DNA of 64,000 nt from Alphaproteobacteria bacterium (lineage in GTDB: Bacteria; Pseudomonadota; Alphaproteobacteria; Micavibrionales; Micavibrionaceae). Both the position numbers and the translations under genes were made by a program. A model generated the notes under the pieces. That model searched no databases, had not been told where the DNA came from, and saw nothing but the letters and a program-made list of their open reading frames with translations. Below are positions 39,179 through 47,042 of the stretch, piece after piece (positions within the stretch are counted from its first letter, which is position 1; each line of letters begins with the position of its first letter). Location of the stretch: NCBI GenBank assembly GCA_029880245.1, contig JAOUOR010000003.1, positions 824 through 64,823 of the forward strand, given 5' to 3'.

Positions 39179-39874
39179 TTATATATTATCCATGCCATAG
39201 CCATTTATCTGGCAGTAATCATATAAGCGCTTCCCTTTTTCATTTATGAAATGCTCATCTGTGACAATCAGATTAATTATTCTGTCTAACCTAAAATTAC
39301 GGAAATCATCACGTTTCTCACACCATGCCAGTAAGAGCCATACAGGATTAAAGAACACTAAGCATAGCGGCCTAACACAACGTTCCGTCTCCTGACCATT
39401 TGCATCTTCATAAGAAAAAAGAAGCTTGTTTTTGCTACGGATTGCTCGGCGAAGTGCTGTAAAATCAATATTAATTTCAACTTTTTCTTTAGAAGAAAAT
39501 GAAAATAAAAATGTTTCTGATATTTCTTGCTGTAAACTTTCTGGTAAAACGCTCGTTAGCTTATCAATTGCTTGGCTGGCAGATTTTGCCAGCTCTTCAT
39601 CTCCCCAGCTTTTCACCATCTGGGCACCAAGCATAAGAGCATCTAGCTCTTCCAACCCGAACATGAGAGGTTGAACCATGTGATCCCGGCTTAGTACATA
39701 GCCCATTCCAGCTTCACCTATAATAGGTACACCTGATACATTCAAATCAGCTATATCTCTGTATATTGTACGAGTGCTCACCTCTAACACATCTGCCAGA
39801 GTTTCTGCTGTAACCACCTGACGGCGTGCCTTTAAGTATTCTACAATTCTAAATAATCTATCTGCCCTGCGCAT
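39179..39874 (-). CDS. YafY-family transcriptional regulator (HTH + WYL domain)
   Basis: MRRADRLFRIVEYLKARRQVVTAETLADVLEVSTRTIYRDIADL (HTH_11-type) followed by a WYL-like domain (LLFSYEDANGQETERCVRPL..FFNPVWLLLAWC). 231 aa. Confidence 0.75.
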   Translation of the reverse strand: MRRADRLFRIVEYLKARRQVVTAETLADVLEVSTRTIYRDIADLNVSGVPIIGEAGMGYVLSRDHMVQPLMFGLEELDALMLGAQMVKSWGDEELAKSASQAIDKLTSVLPESLQQEISETFLFSFSSKEKVEINIDFTALRRAIRSKNKLLFSYEDANGQETERCVRPLCLVFFNPVWLLLAWCEKRDDFRNFRLDRIINLIVTDEHFINEKGKRLYDYCQINGYGMDNI

Positions 39875-39910
39875 AATTTCCTTTATTTTTTATTTTCTTC
39901 TATCATACTG

Positions 39911-39947
39911 ACACACTACTGACAACACGCTGTCAGTAGTAGTGTGT
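39911..39947. promoter_or_regulatory. inverted repeat / candidate operator in the divergent yafY-like / VOC promoter region
   Basis: ACACACTACTGACA-N6-TGTCAGTAGTAGTGTGT. The heptamer ACTGACA occurs twice direct and once inverted. Confidence 0.35.
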
Positions 39948-40011
39948 AAAATACAAAAATCAGCAGCAACCAAGCTGAATTTTTATTAATTGTTATTTTT
40001 GGAGAATATTT

Positions 40012-40464
40012 ATGAGCAAAATACCTGAAGGATATACGTCCATTACACCCTATATTACATTTGATGATACAGCAGGGGCGATTGAATTATACAAAAAAGC
40101 TCTGGGCGCAGAAGTTATTATGAGCATGCCTGCACCTGACGGCAAGATAATGCACGCTGAAATTAAAGTGGGAAATGCGCGTATCATGGTTGGGAGTCCA
40201 TGCCCGGAAAATGGTGGGAAATCAGCAAAAACGCTGGGTGGCTCTCCAGTATCATTTTATGTGTATGTCGAAGATGTACAGGCAGCTTTTGATAAAGCCA
40301 AAGGTGAAGGTATGACCGAGAAGAAAGCACCAGAGGATATGTTCTGGGGTGATCGCATGGGTACAGTTTCTGATCCGTTTGGTATCGACTGGACAATCGC
40401 AGAGCATGTGCGTGATGTGTCGCCGGAGGAAATTGAAGAAGCTATGAAAAAGATGGCTTGCTAG
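40012..40464 (+). CDS. VOC (glyoxalase/bleomycin-resistance fold) family protein, PhnB-like
   Basis: ITPYITFDD.AGAIELYKKALGAE...MHAEIKVGNARIMV...GDRMGTVSDPFGIDWTI is a typical PhnB-like VOC pattern. 150 aa. Confidence 0.7.
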   Translation: MSKIPEGYTSITPYITFDDTAGAIELYKKALGAEVIMSMPAPDGKIMHAEIKVGNARIMVGSPCPENGGKSAKTLGGSPVSFYVYVEDVQAAFDKAKGEGMTEKKAPEDMFWGDRMGTVSDPFGIDWTIAEHVRDVSPEEIEEAMKKMAC

Positions 40465-40472
40465 ATTGAATT

Positions 40473-40802
40473 ATGCCATTTGATGAAGGATTGGCAGAAC
40501 GGTTGGGGGAGATTATACCCAATCGTTCTGACCTTAAAGAGACGAGAATGTTCGGTGGGTTTGGCTATTTGCTAGACGGTAAGATGTGCGTTGGCATTCA
40601 TAAAGATACGCTGATTATCCGTGTAGGAGTTGAGAACGCCGAACAAATATTGCAAGAGCCAAATGTACGTCCTATGGACTTTACAGGTAAAGTTATGAAA
40701 GGTTGGGCAACAATAGAGCCAGAAGCACTGGAAGAAGATTCTGACTTACAACGCTATTGCCAGTTAGCAATTGATTTCGTTGAAACATTGCCGAAGAAAT
40801 AA
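40473..40802 (+). CDS. TfoX N-terminal domain family protein
   Basis: LAERLGEI......ETRMFGGFGYLLDGKMCVGI pattern. 109 aa. Confidence 0.65.
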   Translation: MPFDEGLAERLGEIIPNRSDLKETRMFGGFGYLLDGKMCVGIHKDTLIIRVGVENAEQILQEPNVRPMDFTGKVMKGWATIEPEALEEDSDLQRYCQLAIDFVETLPKK

Positions 40803-41000
40803 AAGTGGGTTGCTCATGCAACATTGCCTCATGGAAAACAGGGGGTGTGCAAACGGAAGGAAAAATCGATAAGGTCGGTGCGGGCGCAAAGCATATGAGC
40901 CTTGGCTTTGTCCATTTTTTCTGAAATGCGCCGAGGGCGCAGCCCTAAGCTAATCTCACATTAGCTCACATAGGAAATCGGATAAAATGAGGCATTATCG

Positions 41001-41080
41001 GGTATTTATAGGTATATTTTTGGGTATTTTAAAGATTTAGCTTGATATATGGATATTTATGGGTATATTTATGGGTATGG
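41001..41080. repeat. phased GG(T)ATWTTT direct repeats upstream of / overlapping the Fic start
   Basis: GGTAT-type units start at 41001, 41011, 41023, (41051 GGATAT), 41062 and 41074, spaced 10-12 bp apart. They are preceded by the perfect palindrome AGCTAAT-N5-ATTAGCT at 40948..40966. Confidence 0.5.
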
Positions 41081-42129
41081 CTATAAATACTAAATCTTTA
41101 GAAATTACCCCTGAAATCCTGTCTCTTATTGCAGAACTGGATGAATTTAAGGGCGCATGGCAGGCGCTTGGAACATTAGCGCCTGAACGTCTTTCCGCTT
41201 TGCGCAGAGTAGCAACTATAGAAAGCATCGGCTCTTCTACACGTATTGAAGGTAGTAAACTTTCTGATAAGGAAGTTGCAGCCCTTCTTTCAAACCTTGA
41301 AATCAAAAAGTTTGAGACTCGTGATGAACAAGAAGTGGCGGGCTATGCCGAAGTCATGGAAACAGTCTTTGCACATGCAGATTCCATTACCCTAACAGAA
41401 AATCATATTAAGCAACTTCATCGTGACTTACTGGTTTACAGCACTAAGGATGAACGACATCGTGGTTCTTATAAGACCAATACAAACCATGTAAGCGCCT
41501 TTGATGAAGACGGAAATGAAATTGGTATAGTCTTTGAAACCGCTACACCATTTGAAACACCGCGCCTAATGACAGAACTGGTAGAATGGACAAACCTGTC
41601 TTTTGATGATCGTACACTTCACCCATTACTTACAATTGCTATTTTCATTGTTGTATTTTTGGAAATTCACCCCTTTCAGGATGGCAACGGCAGGCTTTCA
41701 CGTGTTCTAACCACCCTGTTATTACTGCGTAGTGGCTATAACCATGTCCCCTATAGCTCGCTTGAAAGTGTCATCGAGCAAACGAAAGAAGCATACTATA
41801 TTGCCCTACGCAAAACCCAAGGCACCATTCGCACGGATGAACCAGAATGGAATGCTTGGGTAGTGTATTTTCTGAAAGCCCTAAAAAAGCAAAAAGAGCG
41901 GTTAGAAAAGAAAATTGAGCGCGAACGGATTGTCATAGGCACATTGCCAGAACTCTCTGTAAAAATCCTTGAATTAGCCAAAGAACATGGTCGTCTTACC
42001 ATCGGTCAGATTGTTGATCTGACCGATGCAAACAGGAATACGGTAAAGAAACATCTGCAAACACTAGTATCAGCAAACCACTTAAAACAATACGGTACTG
42101 GTAAAGGTACATGGTATGAGCGGGTTTAA
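41059..42129 (+). CDS. Fic-family protein (class II, intramolecular inhibitory motif) with C-terminal winged-helix domain
   Basis: Fic motif HPFQDGNGRLSR (nt 41668..41703). The N-terminal STRIEG fits the (S/T)xxxE(G/N) inhibitory helix motif. C-terminal HTH-like LTIGQIVDLTDANRNTVKKHLQTLVSANHL. The true start may be ATG 41071 or 41077. Confidence 0.85.
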   Translation: MGIFMGMAINTKSLEITPEILSLIAELDEFKGAWQALGTLAPERLSALRRVATIESIGSSTRIEGSKLSDKEVAALLSNLEIKKFETRDEQEVAGYAEVMETVFAHADSITLTENHIKQLHRDLLVYSTKDERHRGSYKTNTNHVSAFDEDGNEIGIVFETATPFETPRLMTELVEWTNLSFDDRTLHPLLTIAIFIVVFLEIHPFQDGNGRLSRVLTTLLLLRSGYNHVPYSSLESVIEQTKEAYYIALRKTQGTIRTDEPEWNAWVVYFLKALKKQKERLEKKIERERIVIGTLPELSVKILELAKEHGRLTIGQIVDLTDANRNTVKKHLQTLVSANHLKQYGTGKGTWYERV

Positions 42130-42151
42130 ATGTAATGGGGGTAAATAATTA

Positions 42152-44785
42152 ATGAAAACAGAATCAGTTCATAAAGAGCCAAACACTTATACAGTAAATA
42201 TTCCTGTTCAAAAAATTCTAAAAACTTCCCATGAAGTTATGCCGTACCTTGAGCATATTATACAGATTGGAGACAATAACCGTACAATTTTTGGCTTTTT
42301 GCCTAGAGACGCATATAAACAGAAAATAGAGCAAGAAAAATTATGGGTTTCTACAGATGATGCTGGCAACTACCTTGGTCACTTAATGTATGGAGGTAAA
42401 TATAGTGAAATAAGAATTTATCAAATTTATTCTTCTCCAGAAAATCGAACGCAAGGCGTTGCCTCTTCTCTTATTCAAGAAATCGTCAAATATGGTGAGC
42501 AGGTATCATGCTTAAACCTTAGAGCCGATGTAGCCAGCGATCTCACTGCGGCAATGCGTTTTTATCAAGGGCAAGGTTTCTATGCACTAAAACCTAGAGA
42601 TAAACAAAATACAACTGGCAGAGAAGTTTTAATTTTCTACAAAAGACTTGCAACACCCAGCTTGCTGCCACCTGAAAACTTAGACTTGGATGTGATTTCA
42701 AATAAAACAAACGACATCACTGAAAGCTATGTAATTGACCTAAATATTTTTCTTTCTTTAACAAAAAATCGTACAGAAAAAGAACTGATCACAAATATTA
42801 TGAAAGCAGCATTGTCAGGTGAATTTACATTATTTGTAACGCCTGAATTTAAAGAAGAACTTTTGCGGAATAAAAGAAACGAAGACGCTCTACTAGACCT
42901 TGCTGAAAGCACTCTGCCTGTCTTACCTTCTATACTAGATAATGAACTTGTTCCATTAGAAAAAGAAATCCACGAAATTGTTTTTCCAAACAGAACAAGT
43001 ACTCGCAAAAAATCTTCTAATGATGCGTCTGATATACGGCACTTAGCTTACTGTGTAAAACATAAAAAGTCTGCTTTTCTGACCGAAGAAAAATCCATAT
43101 TAAACGCTAAGAGGCAGTTACATGAGAAGTACAGTTTAATGGTGCTTTCTCCTGCCGATTTTAAGATAGAGTATCTAGGAACCATTGAAAACCCTGCACT
43201 CTCTGTCCCACTACAAAATGAGAATAACCGAATACAATTGCTGGATAATCCAAGTTATTCTGATATAGACGATTTCTTAGGAAGCCTAGAAAACAATCAC
43301 GAAAACATCGAAACTTTCTTCAAGAAAGATGTTGCCAGAGGAGTAAATGAAAAACGAGTGGCCTTGGTCAATGACTCGATATTTGCAGCTTATAAGGCAC
43401 AAACAAAAGGTAATAAGCATGATCTCATAGAGGGAATGCTCATAACAGATAGCACAGAATTTAAAAGTAGAGATGCTGTTTTAGAACATTTATTAGAGTG
43501 TTTTTTGAGGCTTGTGACACACTCACAGGCTAAAAAAATAACTTTATATATAATGCAAGACGCTTTTGATCTAGAAAATCTATGTCTAAAGCGTGGGTTT
43601 CAGAGAGCCGGAGAAACAGGAAATGGTTTGACGAAATTGATCAAAGCTTCGGCTCCCCAATTAATAACAAAAGGCAATTGGAAAGATTTTAGAAATTCTT
43701 TTTACGATCAAACAGGTATCTCTTTTCCTGCACTTATTCCTAATTTTTCTATTAAGAGCCAAGGTGACGCATATATCCATGCCGTAAAAAATGAACGTGG
43801 GCACGAACTTCCATTATACAAATTGGAATCGTTTATTTCCCCCTCTGTGGTTCTCTTACCGGAGAGAAATGCCGTTCTAATTTCAATTCGTCCTGCATTT
43901 GCTTCTGACTTGTTGTCACGTGATGATAGTATGTTGCCGTTTCCAACGCGTGAAGAAGCGCTGATTAGGACAGAAAAAGTTTACTATAAAACTCCTTCTC
44001 ATAAGAACTTTTTCAGAAAAGGAATGCCTGTAGTATTCTATGAGTCAAAAAGTGGACGAGGGGTTATAGGCAGTGCTCGCATTGTATCAACAGAAATTTG
44101 TAGCGTAGATACAGCCCTGAAAACATATAGAAAGTATGGGGTGCTGACAAAACAAGAGCTTGACGGATATTCAGATAAGAGTGGGAATGTACAAGTTATT
44201 ATATTTGATAATTTTATAGAGTTTCCAAACCCTCTAACTTTAAAAGAATTAAAGAATCTAGGATGTGCAAAAGCCAATATGGTAGGCCCCGAAAAACTAT
44301 CTTTCGATCAACTATATAACATACTCCATTTGGGTACGAGCATGCCTGTGAAGGATGTGATTATATCTATACAACCTAATTATGTTGCAAAAATTCTCAG
44401 TGGAAAGAAAACTATAGAACTCAGGAAGAAACCATTTCCAGCAAATGGAGGCGTTCGCATTTGGATTTATACTACTAAACCTAGTAGTTCTATTGAAGCA
44501 ACAGCCTATGTCACCGAATATGAGAAAGACACACCTGAAAACATATGGAAGAAATATAGAAATAAATGTGGCATCTCAAAGAAAGATTTTGATGAGTATT
44601 ATAATGGGTGCAAAGAAGCATACGCATTAACCTTATCAAACGCCAAGAAACTAAGCAGAAAAATTAAATTGACAGAATTAAAAGAGTTAAATGAAGGCTT
44701 CACGCCACCACAATACTTCCGATATTTGAAGCACAATTCTAGCCTCTGCAACCAATTGCTAGATTGTTTGCCTGATAAAAAATAG
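42152..44785 (+). CDS. 877-aa multidomain protein: GNAT - PIN-like - GNAT-like - ASCH-like - ASCH (domain calls by eye)
   Basis: GGGGG Shine-Dalgarno 9 nt upstream and a 22-nt gap after Fic. aa ~85-165: GNAT motif A (IYSSPENRTQGVASSLIQEIVKYG..FYQGQGF). aa ~190-337: PIN-like acidic pattern (SYVIDLNIF; TPEFKEEL; DASDIRHLAYCVKHKKSAFLTEEKS). aa ~355-490: second GNAT-like fold (..LENLCLKRGFQRAG). aa ~573-705: ASCH-like (AVLISIRPAFASDLL .. GMPVVFYESKSGRGVIGSARIV). aa ~735-860: canonical ASCH (VIISIQPNYVAKILSGKKTIELRKK .. VRIWIYTTKP..IEATAYV). Confidence 0.6.
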   Translation: MKTESVHKEPNTYTVNIPVQKILKTSHEVMPYLEHIIQIGDNNRTIFGFLPRDAYKQKIEQEKLWVSTDDAGNYLGHLMYGGKYSEIRIYQIYSSPENRTQGVASSLIQEIVKYGEQVSCLNLRADVASDLTAAMRFYQGQGFYALKPRDKQNTTGREVLIFYKRLATPSLLPPENLDLDVISNKTNDITESYVIDLNIFLSLTKNRTEKELITNIMKAALSGEFTLFVTPEFKEELLRNKRNEDALLDLAESTLPVLPSILDNELVPLEKEIHEIVFPNRTSTRKKSSNDASDIRHLAYCVKHKKSAFLTEEKSILNAKRQLHEKYSLMVLSPADFKIEYLGTIENPALSVPLQNENNRIQLLDNPSYSDIDDFLGSLENNHENIETFFKKDVARGVNEKRVALVNDSIFAAYKAQTKGNKHDLIEGMLITDSTEFKSRDAVLEHLLECFLRLVTHSQAKKITLYIMQDAFDLENLCLKRGFQRAGETGNGLTKLIKASAPQLITKGNWKDFRNSFYDQTGISFPALIPNFSIKSQGDAYIHAVKNERGHELPLYKLESFISPSVVLLPERNAVLISIRPAFASDLLSRDDSMLPFPTREEALIRTEKVYYKTPSHKNFFRKGMPVVFYESKSGRGVIGSARIVSTEICSVDTALKTYRKYGVLTKQELDGYSDKSGNVQVIIFDNFIEFPNPLTLKELKNLGCAKANMVGPEKLSFDQLYNILHLGTSMPVKDVIISIQPNYVAKILSGKKTIELRKKPFPANGGVRIWIYTTKPSSSIEATAYVTEYEKDTPENIWKKYRNKCGISKKDFDEYYNGCKEAYALTLSNAKKLSRKIKLTELKELNEGFTPPQYFRYLKHNSSLCNQLLDCLPDKK

Positions 44786-44962
44786 TATACATATCGTCAA
44801 AAGCCGAAAGGGATGCAACGGGAAACGCGCAGCGGGTTTCCCTTGCCGAACAAGCGGAGCGTAGTGAGCCAAGATGCGTTGGTTGGTAGTACCAACGCAC
44901 ATCTTGCGTAAGTCCTTAAAATAAAAATATGACCCTCAAAGTTAAAATAGAAGGTTCATATA

Positions 44963-45388
44963 TTGCTAATCAGAGCGCAAAGCAAACGCCTACCCCTTTT
45001 CAGGCAACATCTAATTACCTCAATTGAATCAAAGGATTATCAGTTAAGTTTGCATAATATTCTTGTAAAACAGTATGTTATTCAGATGAATGATAGCCTT
45101 ACAAAAAAATGGAAAACAACCACCCGACCAGATGGCCCTACCGGATATAAACGGAAGGGAACTTTCCGTGATATTTCACTTTCCTACTATCTCCCTGAAT
45201 ATGTAGATGATTTTGATTCTATATGTATAAGCAAAGGAGTAAAACGAAGTGAACTCATGAAAATTATGGACGATAATAATATCGTTAAACCCTTAGATGC
45301 TAAATCATTTTTAGATTCAAAAGATCTGGAGCAAAGTCCGGGTGCAAAAAAATGGATTGAAACATTTTGTTCAATCGACCCTAAATAA
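44963..45388 (+). CDS. hypothetical protein with RHH (CopG/Arc)-like C-terminal half
   Basis: TTG start with AGAAGG 8 nt upstream; alternative ATG at 45086. KRKGTFRDISLSYYLPEYVDDFDSICISKGVKRSELMKIMDD fits a strand-helix-helix pattern. The call is tentative. Confidence 0.35.
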   Translation: MLIRAQSKRLPLFRQHLITSIESKDYQLSLHNILVKQYVIQMNDSLTKKWKTTTRPDGPTGYKRKGTFRDISLSYYLPEYVDDFDSICISKGVKRSELMKIMDDNNIVKPLDAKSFLDSKDLEQSPGAKKWIETFCSIDPK

Positions 45389-46184
45389 ATTCATCCCCCA
45401 TAGCTTTTATTGCTCTATCTACAATATCGTCAAAACATGCATACCAGACGCGAATAAAATCAGCACGATTTAGACCAATTCTATCTACCCTGTGACTACC
45501 AAAATGATATATTGCCCTAATAAGGCTAATCGTTAATGCGTAATCAAAATGTGACCTAAGGCTTCTATTTGTTAATCTGTGATTAGCAAAATAAAATTTT
45601 AAGTCCCAATATATGCTCGGAATACTGGTAAAATGAAACATGACTGTTTCATGCAGATTTCCTTGAAATTTGCAAAATCTGCATTCGTTTTTTTTATTTA
45701 AATAATTTCCAGTATCAGTAAAACTCCGATGTACTGGCAGTATAAAAGACCTGCCTTCTTCAAACATTTCTATTATTTTTAGTTCTTCAGATACATATTC
45801 CCTCGGCTTTTTACCAAACCTGCATAATGTTAAACATTCCAGCAAAGTTTCCAGACTGATTCCTTCTGGCCGCTGTTCATACTTTATATCAGGATCAAGT
45901 AACTCTATTGTCTGGAACATAGATACATATATTTTCATATAATGAACTTCTGCACCTTCTAAGAGACGGTACAAAAATTTTCTATAGTCATATTTGTAAG
46001 GAAGTTGACTTCTGATTTTTGCTATATTTCTGTTCACTGTCTGGGGTGGTAAATTAGTTAATTCAGAAATTTGTTTAGTGTTATGACCTGCAAGCGATAA
46101 ATACATCATCTCCCTATACAAGGAACTATCTTCCAAACGAGCATTTTTAAAGGCTAGATTCTTTGGTTTATATTTTCGAACCAT
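45381..46184 (-). CDS. hypothetical protein with N-terminal HTH (sigma-70 region 4 / LuxR-like) segment
   Basis: YLSLAGHNTKQISELTNLPPQTVNRNIAKIRSQL looks like a 3-helix HTH. The remaining ~200 aa is unrecognised (contains CRFCKF). Convergent 8-nt overlap with 44963..45388. Very AT-rich. Confidence 0.45.
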   Translation of the reverse strand: MVRKYKPKNLAFKNARLEDSSLYREMMYLSLAGHNTKQISELTNLPPQTVNRNIAKIRSQLPYKYDYRKFLYRLLEGAEVHYMKIYVSMFQTIELLDPDIKYEQRPEGISLETLLECLTLCRFGKKPREYVSEELKIIEMFEEGRSFILPVHRSFTDTGNYLNKKNECRFCKFQGNLHETVMFHFTSIPSIYWDLKFYFANHRLTNRSLRSHFDYALTISLIRAIYHFGSHRVDRIGLNRADFIRVWYACFDDIVDRAIKAMGDEFI

Positions 46185-46405
46185 AGGGCAAAGGTAAAAT
46201 AGCGTTCTTAAGCGTTATTAATGCGGGGCACATAACGTGATTAAGAAATATAATACTTTTAATTAATATGTAAATAGGCTGTATTAAAAACGTCATCGGG
46301 AAATACAGAAATTCCTATAATTCAGTTGGATATAGCTTTCTGAGAACCCCTTAGCTTTGCCCGGATTTAGACAGTATTTGAAACATAAGAAAAGGAGAAT
46401 GTCAT

Positions 46406-46906
46406 ATGAATAAAAACAATAATACACGATGCACAAACTGCCTTTTATCAAGCTCATGCATGTATACCCGTTCTTGTCTGGTAACGGATGCAGAACTAAA
46501 GAACCCTGAATTTGTAAGGGATGTGCGGAATTTTGCCTGTGCTATGGGGCTACAGCCTTCGGACTGGAAGCCTTTTCTTACGGATGAGCTTGAAGCCTAT
46601 CCCGGTAAGATCATTAATCGGCATTACCAAGAGGTTGAGCTTAATCTTGAACTGTTTGAACTGGATGATGAAACTATTCTTCATTCAGATAGTAAGACAC
46701 TAGCAAATGCCAACGATAATGTTTGCGAATGGTTTGAGACTTGGTGCTGCACGCCCTGCCCGGACGGTAAACGCTCCCGCCTTAATGAGGAAACAAAAGA
46801 AAAATTCCGCATTGTGGCTACAATATTAAGGGCACGTAATCCCGGTGCAGCGCAATTCTGGGGGCTGAAAGGCAAGGCCGCAAACGACAATAATCCGCAG
46901 GACTAA
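46406..46906 (+). CDS. hypothetical Cys-rich protein
   Basis: 166-aa ORF with a GGAG Shine-Dalgarno (AAAAGGAGAATGTCATATG). N-terminal CxxC-like cluster (CTNCLLSSSCMYTRSC) and C-terminal WCCTPCP. Confidence 0.5.
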   Translation: MNKNNNTRCTNCLLSSSCMYTRSCLVTDAELKNPEFVRDVRNFACAMGLQPSDWKPFLTDELEAYPGKIINRHYQEVELNLELFELDDETILHSDSKTLANANDNVCEWFETWCCTPCPDGKRSRLNEETKEKFRIVATILRARNPGAAQFWGLKGKAANDNNPQD

Positions 46907-46924
46907 TCATCATTTTTTTCATTC

Positions 46925-46958
46925 AAAAAGTGGCTCCGAAACGTGAGCCACTTTTTTT
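46925..46958 (+). terminator. rho-independent terminator
   Basis: Perfect stem GTGGCTC/GAGCCAC (46930-46936 / 46945-46951), 8-nt loop, then T7. The A-run upstream makes it potentially bidirectional. Confidence 0.65.
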
Positions 46959-47042
46959 ATTGCCCTTATCCCCCTGAGCCGGGTCTGCACTGCCTTACTA
47001 TGAAAACCTGAGAGCAACGCAAACCAAAAGGAGGAACGCCTT

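Noticed and set aside
41037-41306. 89-aa minus-strand ORF overlapping the Fic start
   Set aside because: Its C-terminus (..IPINIPINIHISS) is produced by the phased direct repeats, and it lies antisense to the well-supported Fic gene.
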